Origin: Scyliorhinus canicula
Taxonomy: Eukaryota
Assembly: GCF_902713615.1 (NCBI RefSeq)
Contig: NC_052148.1
Span: forward strand, 228,121,336-228,185,335
Direction: 5' to 3'
DNA length: 64,000 nt
In this document: piece after piece, positions 49,553-61,807 of the stretch
Numbering within the stretch: position 1 is the stretch's first letter
Layout of the letters: each line of letters begins with the position of its first letter
The notes under the pieces: generated by a model
Databases searched by the model: none
Told to the model about the DNA's origin: nothing
Seen by the model: the letters and a program-made list of their open reading frames with translations, nothing else
Program-made: the position numbers and the translations under genes

Positions 49553-51596
49553 ATGAACAGCAAAGATACTCTCGTCGTTCTCGCTCTCCTGGCACTGGGA
49601 GTGTTATCCATACAAGGTAAGAAACCTCTAGTTTCACAGCATCTATACAGCATCTATAATGATATGGCTCCTTTTCCCTGCTGACTCTGCTGCATATTGT
49701 AGATGACATTGTACAGCAAGAGGAATTCTTCTCAGTATTTATTGAAACATATGGCAATTGTTCAATGTTTGTGTGACTCTTTAGACAGAAGACTTCAGCA
49801 GAGTTGGGAGTATATGTAATTAGAATGAATGGGATAGATTTTATCATGGGCTTCCGAACACAAATATCAAGTTGCACGGCTGGTCCCAAGCTGGGACCAT
49901 AATTATTCAGATTGGTTGCTTGGCTCACTGGATCAGACAGATGATTTGCCTCACAGTGCGCCTCCTGTCAGCTGTTGGCAAACCTCCCCAGTGACAGGGA
50001 GCCATCCTGGCCAAACTCCCTGCTATCTCACCAATCACTACTGTCTCCGTTTCCTCTACTGGCGGCCGGTAAAATTCAGTCCAACGAGCATGTGTCAAAA
50101 TCATTGGAAAATTGATGGAAGTTACTAAAATAATTTTGGCACAGGAAAAATTTGAAACTCTTTTTTCGATTAGTTTGAGTGCTACCAATTATTACAACAG
50201 GAATGCAAGCCCTTCTTTCAGCTTGCGGTGCTGATTCACTGAGGTTCCTGTTGGACTGCTTGGTATCAGAAAGGTGACAGTCAGGAAGATTATTATAGAG
50301 GATAGCTAGCAGTTTAGTCCCAGCAGAGAATGTGGAGCACATGAGAGGGACACCCTGTGCAAATCTGGAAATCAATCCATTTGTTTAATTTACAGCTGCA
50401 TCGATTGGAAACACAGGAATGAACCTCCGCTGCCAGTGTATCAAAACACATTCCAAATTCATCCACCCGAAGCACATCGAGAACATCGAAATTATACCAA
50501 GTGGCCCTCACTGCGGGAACGTTGAAATTATGTAAGTGTTTAATTCCTCTTCAGTTTCCTGTATTGTAAAAACACAGCAATTATTCTAGGTTTAAATAGG
50601 AGTTCAAGCTTCTTACAAGAGGGTGAATGGCTAATGATCAATGTCATTCTTCATTTCTTTCAGTGCCACCCTTAAAAGTACGAATCGTGTGTGTCTCCAT
50701 CCTGATGCTGGCTGGGTGAAGAGAGTCATAGACAGGATGATCAAACAGTAAGTTTCATTCTGTGTAGGGTGAGGGTGGGGAGGTTTCTTTTTTCACTGTA
50801 CTTTTATTGAGTTTCCCACTTTCTGTTAGATCACAATATCTAATTCTGTCCAGTCAGGTGTGGTATAAGTCAGGCCTTCCTACATTTACTCGAACCCAAC
50901 CTCAGCAAAATACTCTTGATCATTTTCTCATCATATCATTCAGAGTTGAACGGCTGAATTGAAAACATAGGCCCCAATGTGTCAGTGAATCAGTACACCT
51001 TGTGACTGGGCACTGACCACTAGGAGAATGCCAGGGATTGCTGGTTTGTGCTGGGTTAGACAACTAGAGCAGAACGCTCCCAGTGTTGGTTACATAGACC
51101 CAAACCTAGTGAAGGAAAGCAGTCCACACGGTTCCTGCTCCTCGTCACTATCCAGTGAGTGCCCCCGTTACCACGGGTGATCTTGAAATGGGCTCAAGGC
51201 AGGTGCAGGATGGGAAATAATAGTCTCATCGTCAAACAGCTCAAGAACACTCCAGGAATGGCCCCAAAGGAGATGCCAGAGTACATGAAACTATAGTTCC
51301 CAGATGGAACAAGATTGTCAACACAATGCTGGGCTGAAGCTGCAGTCAATGTTGAATATGTTAGTAGCTGACATGACCCTTCAGGGATGATCTTCAATCT
51401 GAATGTTTAACATTCTGATTCAATTAAATATATTATTACTTAATATTTCATTCAGCTTCAAGTAAATGTTGTAAATATATCCAGTTAATTTCCGACCTAA
51501 CATACTTTGAAAGCATTTTGTATTTCATATCTTTGTATGGCGTAAACTTAATTTCTTCATTCTCTCATTTTCCATAGTTCCAAGAAGATGAATTAA
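49553..51596 (+). CDS. CXCL8: CXCL8/IL-8-like chemokine, copy C (exons 49553-49616, 50396-50531, 50664-50747, 51578-51596)
   Basis: Same structure and identical protein; synonymous CAG, TCC and GGC changes relative to copy A. Confidence 0.93.
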
Positions 51597-52328
51597 CCTC
51601 GCCGAAGAGAAGCTCAATTCTTCTTGTCAAGAGATTAGAAAACACTGGTAGAAAGTTGGGATTTTCCATCTGCCTGCCTGGCTTGGCGCAGACCCGTCAC
51701 AGTCAATGAGGTTCAACTTAGCTTGAAGTGTTTCTGTTTATTGAACTGTTTTAGCACCTGGAACACTGAAGCATGAACATTTCCTTTGGTAATTAGGCCC
51801 CAGCTCTTTGGAATAATTACTTTTCATTGTTATTCAAACGAATTCTTAACACTTGCTGCCATGTAGCAGTGTTACAGGATGTAGTTACTCAATGGTATAT
51901 TGTTCAGTATGACAAATTGTCAGTCAAGTGTTTGCTATTTATGTCTATTTTATTATCCAGATATCTCTAAAAATGGTTGATTTTACTACTGGGTTCCAAG
52001 AATTATGTTGCATTAATAATTAAAATATTTATTGATTTGTGATTGTTTTCCTAATAAGAATTTGGGCAGGATTCTGCGGTCCCCCAGCCTTGTGTTTCTC
52101 GGTGGCATTCCATTCGTTGGAGGAGGGATTCTATCCTCCTGCCGCTTGTCAATTTGATTTCCCACCGGAAAGATCCATGCCGCTGGGAAATCCACGAGCG
52201 GGAGTGCATTGTCGGGAACAGTGAATTGCAGCGGCTGGAGAATTCCAGCCTTTATCTGAAGCTTTTCTCTTTAATTTATTATTATATTATTAATATGGAA
52301 TGGAAAGATTGTGGCTGTACATGTCTTG

Positions 52329-52348
52329 ATTTATTTATTTAAAATAAA
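52329..52348 (+). promoter_or_regulatory. ARE plus polyA signal, copy C
   Basis: Identical motif; AATAAA at 52343-52348. Confidence 0.7.
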
Positions 52349-55300
52349 CATTTTAAAAATTGGAATTGTTTTGTCTTGCTTTGCAAGTTGCCAGAATGTC
52401 CTGTTTTCTAAAGAATGTGAGAATAATACAGCAAGCAACAAAAAGATAGCTGTAACCATTATTGATCCGCAGGTATAGAGTTTTCTTTAAATGACCTTTA
52501 TCTGTGACTGACACCTTTAAGAAGTGTCCACAGGTGACCTGTGGGGGATAGGACACATGGGTTTGCTGCATTGTTCATTCACATTCCCCGTGTGGCTTTC
52601 ACTGGTGTAAAACCAACCTAAGGAGCTGATCTACTTTGAAGCTTCTGGGTAGGTTGTTAAAAAATGCAGTAGGATGAATTTCCTCCGCCTTTTCGGAATA
52701 CTAGCAGGGGCTTTGGCTGAGAAAGGAACTTTGGGCGGAGGCTGCTTCTGCCACTTCTCTGCCTTTCCAACAATAACTCGCATTATATTACACATTTGAT
52801 AGAAGTTTGAAAGCCCCAAGGCATTTTCATAGCAGCAAAACATGGACATGGAGCGTCGTAAGGAGATAGTTGGGCGGATTGCCAAGCGTTATGTCACCAA
52901 GGTGGGCTCTAAGGAGGGTCTTAAGAGAGAAGAGAAAGATGGAGAAGCTCAAGGAGGCCGTCGCAGTCTGGTTATGGGTGTGTGGACATGAGTTAAGGCC
53001 AACAGTCATCAATAATGGGGAGTCCAAATCAAGGTCAGTCATTTAGTACAGAAAGGAGAACATTTCTTCACTCAAAGGATTGTGAATCTTTGGAATTCTC
53101 AACCTCAGGAAACAATGGATTCTCAGCCATTAGCCGAGTAAGAGCAAGACAGAAGCCAGAGTGTCGGTCAGGCAGTGAGCGAAGGGTTATGAAGATAATG
53201 CAGGAAGGTGGAGTTGAAGCTGAAGGGATCAAACATGAGTAAGGGGTATATATGCCAGGCCATTGATTCCCTTTGCAGGGGACTAGCTCATTTATTTGGC
53301 TTTGACATCACGATGAAGCAGTGGAGAGACATTTTAGGGGGTTTTCCCCTTCCCCAAGCTTCCGGACGCTTTTGAGAGCACGGAAGTCACAATCCTACAG
53401 CACCATCTCACCTGAGACGAGGAAAGGATTCCACTCCATGGATATGCAGCTAGTTTGTGACGGTACTCAGAGCCTCCTTCATGTCAACACTCCACAACCA
53501 AGATTACTTCCCCCCCCACCCCCCCCTCCCCACCCCCCCCCCCCCCCCTCCCCACCCCCCTCCCATCGGCCCCGAAGATTTCCAGGGGTATGGGATGCCC
53601 AGCAATAGCCGAGGTGGTTCAAACTCCCAATTGGAAACTCCCCTGCAATGTGAATTAGATAATGTGATTCAAAACCCAAACTTTGCTTAGTTCTGGTGTG
53701 CTACATCCATAATTACCAAGATAAAATTAAAAACCACTTCTGGCTTCTGGGTAACTATTATACAGACCTTTTCCCATCCCAGTACACCAAGATCCCAGCC
53801 TGGGGATCCTCCATGGAACACTCAACACCTCACGTGACCTCTGTAATCCAGAACTGGACCACCCCACCTACTCCAAACATTGCCCCAATCAGCCCCCCCC
53901 CACCGGCCCACAGACAGTCTCCCCCAATCCACATGGCTCCTCCTGACTGCATTCCCACCCAACAGCCCGGTACTCACCCCCCACTGACTGACCCCCCCAG
54001 AAACCACCCCAAATGAGACCCCCACTAATTGACCGAATGATCCACCAACTGACTCCCCCTGACTGACTCCCCCTGACTGACTCCGCCCCCCGACTGACTC
54101 CCCTGACTGGCTCTCCCCTGACTGACTCCCCCGACTGATTCCGCCCCCCCCCCCCCCCCCCCCCGACCGACTCCCCTGACTGGCTCTCCCCTCTGACTCA
54201 CACCCACCCAGCCGAAACACCCCAACACAGAGCCCCAATAACTGACACGCCCACCTGAGAACCTGACTGACACTCACACTGACGCTCCATGTGTGACCCT
54301 CTGACTCACCTTCTCACTGACTCCTTCCCCACTAACCCTCCCTGACTGACGCCCCCCCCCGACTGACCCCCCCGACTGATTCTCCCGACTGACCCCCCCC
54401 GACTGATTCTCCCAACTGACTCCCAAACGACCCCCCCCCCCGACTGATTCTCCTGACTGACCCCTCCCCGACTGATTCTCCCGACTGACCCCTCCCCCCG
54501 ACTGATTATCCCGACTACTCCTTCCTGAGTGACTGCCCGCTGACTGATTCCACCCCCAACTGACTTCGCCCCCGACTCACTCCCCACCGCGACTGATTCC
54601 CCCCCCCCCCCACCCGACTGACCCTACCCCGACTGACTTCCAGTCTTGCCCTGACAGTCACCTCCCGGTTGGCCCAGCCCCAACTTACTCCCCTCCCCAG
54701 AATGACACCCCCAAGTGACTCCATCCTGACTCACCCACGGATTGACTCCCTCCTGATTGATTCCCCCCCCTACTGACCACTCGACTGATCACCTGATCGA
54801 CCCCGTCGACACCGTCGACAGACGCCCCCTGAACGAAACCTCCCGACTGACCCTCGCCCGCTATTGACATCCCCCCCCGGCTGATCCTGTGTCTCCCCCC
54901 AGCAGACCTACCCCTACTGACCCCCCAGACTGACTCTCCCCCAAGAGACACCCTCAACTGACTCCCTCCTGATTGACCCCCAGTACTTCCCGGCACCAAG
55001 GGGAGCGAATTGTTCACTGGCAAGATTCTCCATTCCGCTGGCTACGCACCCCCACCCATGGGTTTGCTGGCAGCATCGGGTGGACACAAATCGGACAAAT
55101 CCAATTTGCCAGCGGCAGGAACATAAAATCCCACTGTTGGCAAAGACACTCCACCAAGGGACATGTGGCTGGGGAGGGAGGGAATTCACTTCATGGACTT
55201 TGCATTCTTATTTGCATTGGCACAATTAGCAAAACCATTCCACACAAAATCATCTTTACACTGCTTTGTTCGCAAGTTAAGTTTCTTCTTTGTAGACTGT

Positions 55301-56999
55301 TAACTAGAGACCCTGGAGTTCTGTACATAGCTAACATTAGCATTGCTCTGTCCTGCCCAGGACTCTCCTGCGCAACACTCTCCCAATATGAGATCCTGGG
55401 CAGAAGGTGCACTGTCTATTTGTGCCTCTGGCTGTCTCTACCATGTACCAAAATGATCCATCTTCACAGTACTCTTGCCTTGCTTGCCAGCAGCTAGAAA
55501 ATGGAAGAAGCTCTTCTCCATGATTTCACACCAAAGCCCGTACATACAGGATGCATAACGTCAAGTGTACATGAAGAGATTGTGACCTGCGCATTGCTGC
55601 CACCTCTGGCCAGAAGGCTATACACAGCCTCATTTTGTTCTCATTTTAAAGCCAGTCATGGCAGCCATTCTTAATTTAAACACCGGTAGTGGCCGTTGGG
55701 CGCTTCTCCCTCGATCGGAATCACCGCGGGAGTGCTGCGACTCATCACTCCATGACCCTCCCAGCTCCCACCAGGACACCTCCCCCCCCATCCCCTCCTT
55801 TTGTGTTGCCAATTTCTGCTCCTTTGGAACTGGAGACACTGGTTCCTCGCTGATGCTTTTTGTTTTGGTTGGCGATCCGTTGCAGTTTTCAGTCCAATGG
55901 CCACATTTTCTATTTTATTCTCAGAATAAAGGCGTCACCGGGCAAAGCCAACATTTATTACCCTTTCCTGGTTCCCCAAAGACATTGGGCCGGATTCTCT
56001 CTGCCCTGGGCCGGGCCGGAGAATCCCCGTGACCGGCGCGAATCGCACCACGCTGCCCCGACGCCGGGATGCGATTCTCCGATCACGCAGGGCTCTACGC
56101 AACCCCCCTGCCGATTGTCGGCCCGGGATGGTCTGAGCGGCCGTCGCAAAAAACCCGAGTTCCACTGGCGCCGTTCACAACTGTTCACAGCCGGTGGGAC
56201 CTCGGTGTGGAAGGATCAGGGAGTGGCCTGTGGAGGGGGGTGGAGAGTGGGTGGATTGACCCTGGAGGGGGCCTCCAATGTGGCCTGGCCCGTGATCGGG
56301 GCCCAGCAATCGGCAGGCCAGATTCTCTGGCTAGGGGCCTCCTTCCTTCCGCGCCAGCCCCTGTAGCCCTGCGCCATGTTGTATCGGGGGCGGCACGGAG
56401 AAGGGGGCCACTGCGCTCGTGAGCGTTGGCGCCGGTGGCACTGTGCATGCACGGACTCCGTGGCGCTCAGTTCATGCCGGGATCAGTAGCTGGAGTGACA
56501 TGGTCCGCTCCAGTGCTGTGCTGGCCCCCTGTCAGGGCCAGAATTGCTGATCCTGACGCCGTGTTGATGCCGCCGAGAAACGCAACGGCGTTTCCGATGG
56601 TCTCAACTTTTAGCCTCAGGATCACAGAATCCCGCCCATTGTATTGGACAAGACCGCTTGTGAGGTCACAGAGGCCAGTTACGAGTTAACCACAATGGTG
56701 TGAAGCAGAAGTTGAATATAAACCAGATCAGATAAGACGGAACGTTTGCTTCCCTAATGAACATATGTGGCCTACTCGATGTTCCTGTGACAGTCAAACA
56801 ACTTCCTCACCATTCACACCGAGACCAATAAAGGGTGAGATATCTGAGAAATTGGATCTGATAGAAAGAAATAAAGGGACGATATTTCAAAATTGGCTGG
56901 ATGCAAATCAGAAAAGTCAGCCAGTCCAGAGGAGATGCATACTAGCTTGCTGAGAAAAGTAAAGATGAAGAAAGTGGAGGCTCTCATCCACATTCTACC

Positions 57000-57420
57000 A
57001 ATGCCCCTTTGATCTGGGGGTTGTGCCAGAGGCCTGAGGGAGCCTGATTAACTGTTTTTAAAATGAAAAGAGAGGGATAAAGTGGTCGGTCAGCCTAACA
57101 TTAATGATGGGGAGCACTGTGGGAATGATCTGAGGCCACATTAATCATCATTTGGAAAAATATGAGGTAACGGCCGACACAGATTTTTTAAAGGAAACTT
57201 GAATTTGATCAACTTGCTGCAGGTAGTGTGGCTGAGGTCCAGTATATGGACGTTCAAAAGTCCTTTGATAAAGTGCTGTATTTTAGGAATGTTATCAAAA
57301 TTGAAACCACTGGGTTCAAAGGGCAATGACATTGTGGATATGAAATTGGGCAAGAGAAAGAAAGCAAAGTACCATCGTGAATGGTTGTTTTACAAACTGG
57401 AGGATACTAGACTGAGGTGT
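57000..57420 (+). mobile_element. Highly decayed CR1-like LINE fragment
   Basis: Residual G-VPE, IN-HLEK, V-MDFKK-FDKV-like sequence across frames; weak similarity. Confidence 0.45.
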
Positions 57421-58006
57421 CCTCTGCTCTCTGATATAAAACTCACAAATATAATGAACAGCACAGAGCTATGCAAAACTATAACATGAATGAAACTGTA
57501 CAGACCATTCAGCATCAACCAGGCATCAGACACGACATAGGCTCACAGTGTCCGGTCAACTCTGCAAGGACCCCTCACTATCACCTAAAACTGGGAGAGC
57601 TGTCTCAGCCTGGCCAAGCAACATCCTGATATCATCACACTCACCAAATCGCTTCTCTGACTCCTCCATCACCACCCCTATGTGTGTCCTGTCCCACCAA
57701 CAAGGAGATATCTACCAATGTTTATGGCATAGCGATAAACTGATAGTCAGAGGCGATGTGCCCTGGAGTCTTCAGCATTGACTCCAGACCCCGCATGTTC
57801 TTTTGGCATCAGGTCAAATATTGGCATGGAAACCTCACTCTGATTATAATCTACCGCCTCCTTCAGTTGATGAGTCAGTCCACCGCCATGTTGAACACCA
57901 CTTGGAAGGAGCAGCAAAGGCACAGAATGTCCCCGGATGGGACACTCCAATTTCCATCACCAAGAGTGGTTGGGTAGCACCATTACAGTCCAGGTGGGCC
58001 AGATTC

Positions 58007-58332
58007 ATGGGCAGCACGGTAGCACAAGTGGATAGCACTGTAGCTTCACAGCACCAGGGTCCCAGGTTCGATTCCCCGCTGGGTCACTGTCTGTGTGGAG
58101 TCTGTACATTCTCCCCGTGTCTGCGTGGATTTCCTCCAGGTGCTCCGGTTTCCTCCCACAGTCCAAAGACATGCAGGTTAGGCGGATTGGCCATGATAAA
58201 TTGCCCTTAGTGACCAAAAAAGGTTAGGAGGGGTTATTGGGTTACGGGGATAGGGTGGAAGTGAGGGCTTAAGTGGGTCGGTGCACACTCGATGGGCCTC
58301 ATGGCCTCATTTTGCACTGTATGTTCTATGTT
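58007..58332 (+). mobile_element. V-SINE (HE1-like)
   Basis: GGGCAGCACGGTAGC head, GGTTCGATTCCC, V-domain, TGTTCTATG tail, ATTC duplicated at the flanks. Confidence 0.85.
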
Positions 58333-58403
58333 ATTCTGCAGGACAAAGCGACCAGACAAGGCCAGAGGCAGGTGATGAAAGTAAACACGATGGATTAACC
58401 TTT

Positions 58404-58840
58404 GGGATGCCATGGTAGCACAGTGGTTATCACTGCTGCCTCACAGGGACCCGGGTTCAAATCCAGCTTTGGATGACAGTCTGTGGAGTTTGCACTTTCT
58501 CCCCGTGTCTGCGTGGGGTTCCTCTGGGTGCTCCAGTTTCCTCCCACAGCCCAAAGGTGTGCAGCGAAACAGAAAATGCTGGAAAATCTCAGCAGGTCTG
58601 GCAGCATCTGTAGGGAGAGAAAAGAGCCGATGTTTCAAGTCCAATGACTCTTTGTCAAAGGTGTGCAGGTTAGGTTGATTGGCCTTGCTAAATTGTCCCT
58701 TAGCGTCCAAAGATGTGCAAGTTATGTGGGGTTGCAGGGATGGAGTGGGGGGGGGGGGCCTAGATGGGGTGCTCGTTCAGAGTGTCAGTGTGGATTCCAT
58801 GGGCCAAGGAGCCTCCTTCTGCACTGTAGGGATTTTTTGT
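58404..58840 (+). mobile_element. V-SINE interrupted by a Penelope-like fragment (58565-58655)
   Basis: SINE halves separated by a ~90-bp insert flanked by duplicated CAAAGGTGTGCAG; the 3' half is also at ~14215-14400 and ~36768-36950. Confidence 0.78.
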
Positions 58841-59339
58841 ACCCTACCTCATTCTGAGCAATATACTTGTGGCAGATGTGGCTGTCCATGACAGGATTGG
58901 TAGAAGTGACCAACACACAGACCCTAAGGGCCAAAGTGAATCTTCGCACTGACAGAAGCCTCTTTAGTATTGTGTGGCATGACCACCATGCTAAACGGCT
59001 AGATTCAGAATAGATTTAGGTATTCAACGACAGTCTGTAACCTCATGGCCAAGCATATCGTTCATTCTACCATTACCAACAAGAAGGGATCAATTCTCAT
59101 TAAATAAGAAGTAAAGATCAAAACTTTGAAGTTCTACCACACCCAGTTGTGAATGTTGCTGGACAATTAAACAATTGAGAGGAGATGGAGGTTTCATGAG
59201 TAGCCCGTCCTCATTGATAGAGAAGATCAGCGCGAGGGCAAAAGCCAAAGCTGGATACATTCACACCCATCTTCAGCCACAAGTGGATGAGTGGATGATC
59301 CTTCTCAGACTCCCCCGGAGGTCCCAAACATTGCAGAAG

Positions 59340-60226
59340 CCAACTTCAACCAATTTGATTAACTCCACATCATATCCCCAATGGCTGAACATCCTGGATA
59401 CAACAACCCTGGCCCTCCGAGTTTGTCGGACCCTCACTGCTGCCACCTGTCCTGCAGCCTCTGGCTGGTCCTCTGGTTTCTCCCTGGGATCGTCCTCCAG
59501 TCCCTGCTGGTCCAGCACCGCCTCATCGAGACACAGTGATGGCATTGTTAGCCGCATGCGTGGTTCACAGTGGTGGGGGTGGGGGGGGGGGGGGTGTAGG
59601 AAGAGTTTTGGGGGGTTGGAGGGAGAGGGTGGGTGAAAGGAGGGTTGTGGGCCGCATGGAGATTTGGAGGAGGTGGATGCTCACATGGGGGCAGAAAGGT
59701 CTCAGCGGGTGGAGTGGGGGCATTGGTGTCTAATCACCCATGCTGCCTAGTGTAGGTCATTGACCTTTTTACGGAACTGGAGGCCTGTCCTCCTGGTAAT
59801 GCTCCCAGAGCTTACAGTCGCCGCCATCTCGTCCCAGGCAGCACTGGCTGTCTTGTGGTTCACCCTCCGGGACCCTCGGAGGAACATGACATCCCTCCTG
59901 ACCTCCACCGCATCTAGGAGCCTGGCCAAGTCTGCACCGCCGAATCTTGGGGCGGGGTCTTCTCAGCATTGTGGTTGCAAGCTGACTGGGTTTCGCTGTG
60001 CGAGTGTTGTTTAAGCACTGCTTGACCTTGTTAGCAAGGGGGTTGGCGAGTGAGCTCCCGGTGAATCGGCTGGCGAGCCTTCATTTGCAGCGAGAAGTCC
60101 ATGAGCCGTTGTTAAGTGGACCAATTAACGTTGAATGATGTTGCTGGCCTCGCTGGGGTAGCCCGGAAGATCACAGCAGTTCCCGCTCACTACCACACTT
60201 AGAAATCTTTCCAGAGAATCATGACC
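59340..60226 (-). mobile_element. Second Harbinger-type remnant (Myb/SANT-like ORF plus transposase C-terminal-like segment)
   Basis: PRF...LARLLDAVEVRRDVMF...AAWDEMAATVS...RTGLQFRKKVNDL (59747-59950) is a Myb/SANT-like domain; TIR-like GAGAATC near 60215. Confidence 0.6.
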
Positions 60227-60308
60227 ATAAACTGTGCATTTTATATTAAATAAAGCTTAGATCCCAGACACTCATTTAGGAAGTCTTGAATGACAAAGGA
60301 TCCACGAT

Positions 60309-61006
60309 TGTAAGAGGTATAAGGTTTAGTAATGGGTGAGTTGATATATTACCCTTGGTGGTAATATGTCATTGTTCTTTGCCTTTTGATCCAGAATGGT
60401 CCGTTGAGTTGATGACAAAGAAACCACCAATTATTAAATTGAAAGAAAACTAATTTATTGGATAACGTTTAATTAAATGAAGTTCGCACATGCTACTGAG
60501 CTATAGTTAATAAGAAAGTAATCAGGGCGGCATGTGGTGCAGTGGTTAGCACTGGGACTGTGGCGCTGAGGACCCGGGTTTGAAACGCGGCTCTGGGGAA
60601 CTGTCCGCGAGGAGTTTGCACATTCTCCCCATGTCTGCGTGGGTTTCACCCCTACAACCCAAAAGACGTGCAGGTTAGGTGGATTGTCCATGCTGAATTG
60701 GCCCTTAATTGGAAAAAAAATAATTGGGTACTCTAAATTTATTTTAAAATAAATAAATAAATAAATAATAAAGTAATATTGAATCTGTCTAGCAGTAATC
60801 AATAATCTAAATCGTCACTAATAATATCCTCGTGTTAATTCTCTCTAAACTAATCTACTCCTCGTGCTGTTCTCAGGCTTTACTAACCACCTAATTCCCT
60901 GAGGTCTGATTTATATACTCAGAACTGGTGGTGCCCTCTAGTGTTTGAATTACACAGAGATATATAATTAACCCTTCACTAGCTTGCCAGCATACATGTC
61001 ATTACA
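60309..61006 (-). mobile_element. Possible solo LTR containing a SINE
   Basis: TGTAA...TTACA inverted termini; TATA-like (60910) and AATAAA (~60455) on minus; no matching TSD. Confidence 0.4.
60525..60765 (+). mobile_element. V-SINE with (AAAT)n tail
   Basis: GGTGCAGTGGTTAGCACT head, V-domain, AAAGTAAT repeated at both flanks. Confidence 0.8.
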
Positions 61007-61807
61007 AAGTTTTCCATCAGGGGGGGTAACTGGAATCTGTTTAACTGTGTAAGCACAGGATTGGTAATCTCCCTCCAGCGAGAGCTGATTCTGTGTCCTG
61101 CAGTTAGATAGTTTTTCCTCCTCTGGTTGCTTAGTCAGAAATAGATGTGTAAGATTAATCATACAGGTCAGGGAATTCTTAAACTGTTGATGCCCAACGT
61201 GGGGCTTGCGAGGTTTATCCTCATAAAAATATTTAAAACATGATGCGAGAAAAAAAAGTGTGATTCCTAATAGAACGGGTTTCAACCTGAACACATGGCA
61301 AATAAACAAAATGCAGGAAAAATATATAGAGCAGCCCAAGAAATAGATGAAGTGGTAAAAGCAGAGGTCCCTCAATGGGTTAACAATTTGCAGCCAGAAT
61401 TTTTTGGCATCCAGAGACTGCTTATTAGTCAAGCTTCGACATGAACAATCTTGGCAGCAGTTCTTGCTGTCACAAGATATCTTCTTTCGGAGAGACAGAG
61501 CTTACTGTAGTAGCAAGTATTTGCCTGCTTGATTAATATTAACAGACTACCCATTCTAATTAATAGGACCTCTCAACCAAGCAAAAGTTAAGCCAGTTCT
61601 TGCAATGATCTTTATGCCAGCTTTAACAAAATAGTTTCTTTTAAAAATGGTAGCTAAGAGACAGTGGACTCCTAGCAGCCTATGAAAAAAAACATCTGTC
61701 AGAAGAGTTAAAAAGGGGCTGACAGGGACCCCGGTTCCATCAACGTAAATTATTCTCAGGAGAACCCCCTCAAGGACCCCCTTGACAACCACCACCTAAA
61801 CAGCAGT

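Larger units (their letters stand above)
1..58950 (+). repeat. Tandem segmental triplication (units A <1-18390, B ~18391-40970, C ~40971-58950)
   Basis: Position 1 aligns to 20778 and 43476; ATGs at 6002/29781/49553. Colinear, near-identical sequence with unit-specific indels. Homology of unit C ends at ~58950. Confidence 0.97.
57620..59160 (+). mobile_element. Decayed LINE endonuclease region interrupted by SINEs
   Basis: GNL-LI--YR, DESV--HVEHHLE, HQEWLGST and later HD-IGRSD-like motifs in order. Confidence 0.55.

Noticed and set aside
1-58950. Triplication as a pure assembly artefact
   Set aside because: Units differ by many SNPs and by TSD-flanked insertions and share a repeated distinctive junction; three distinct versions exceed two haplotypes. 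Read-level confirmation is still needed.
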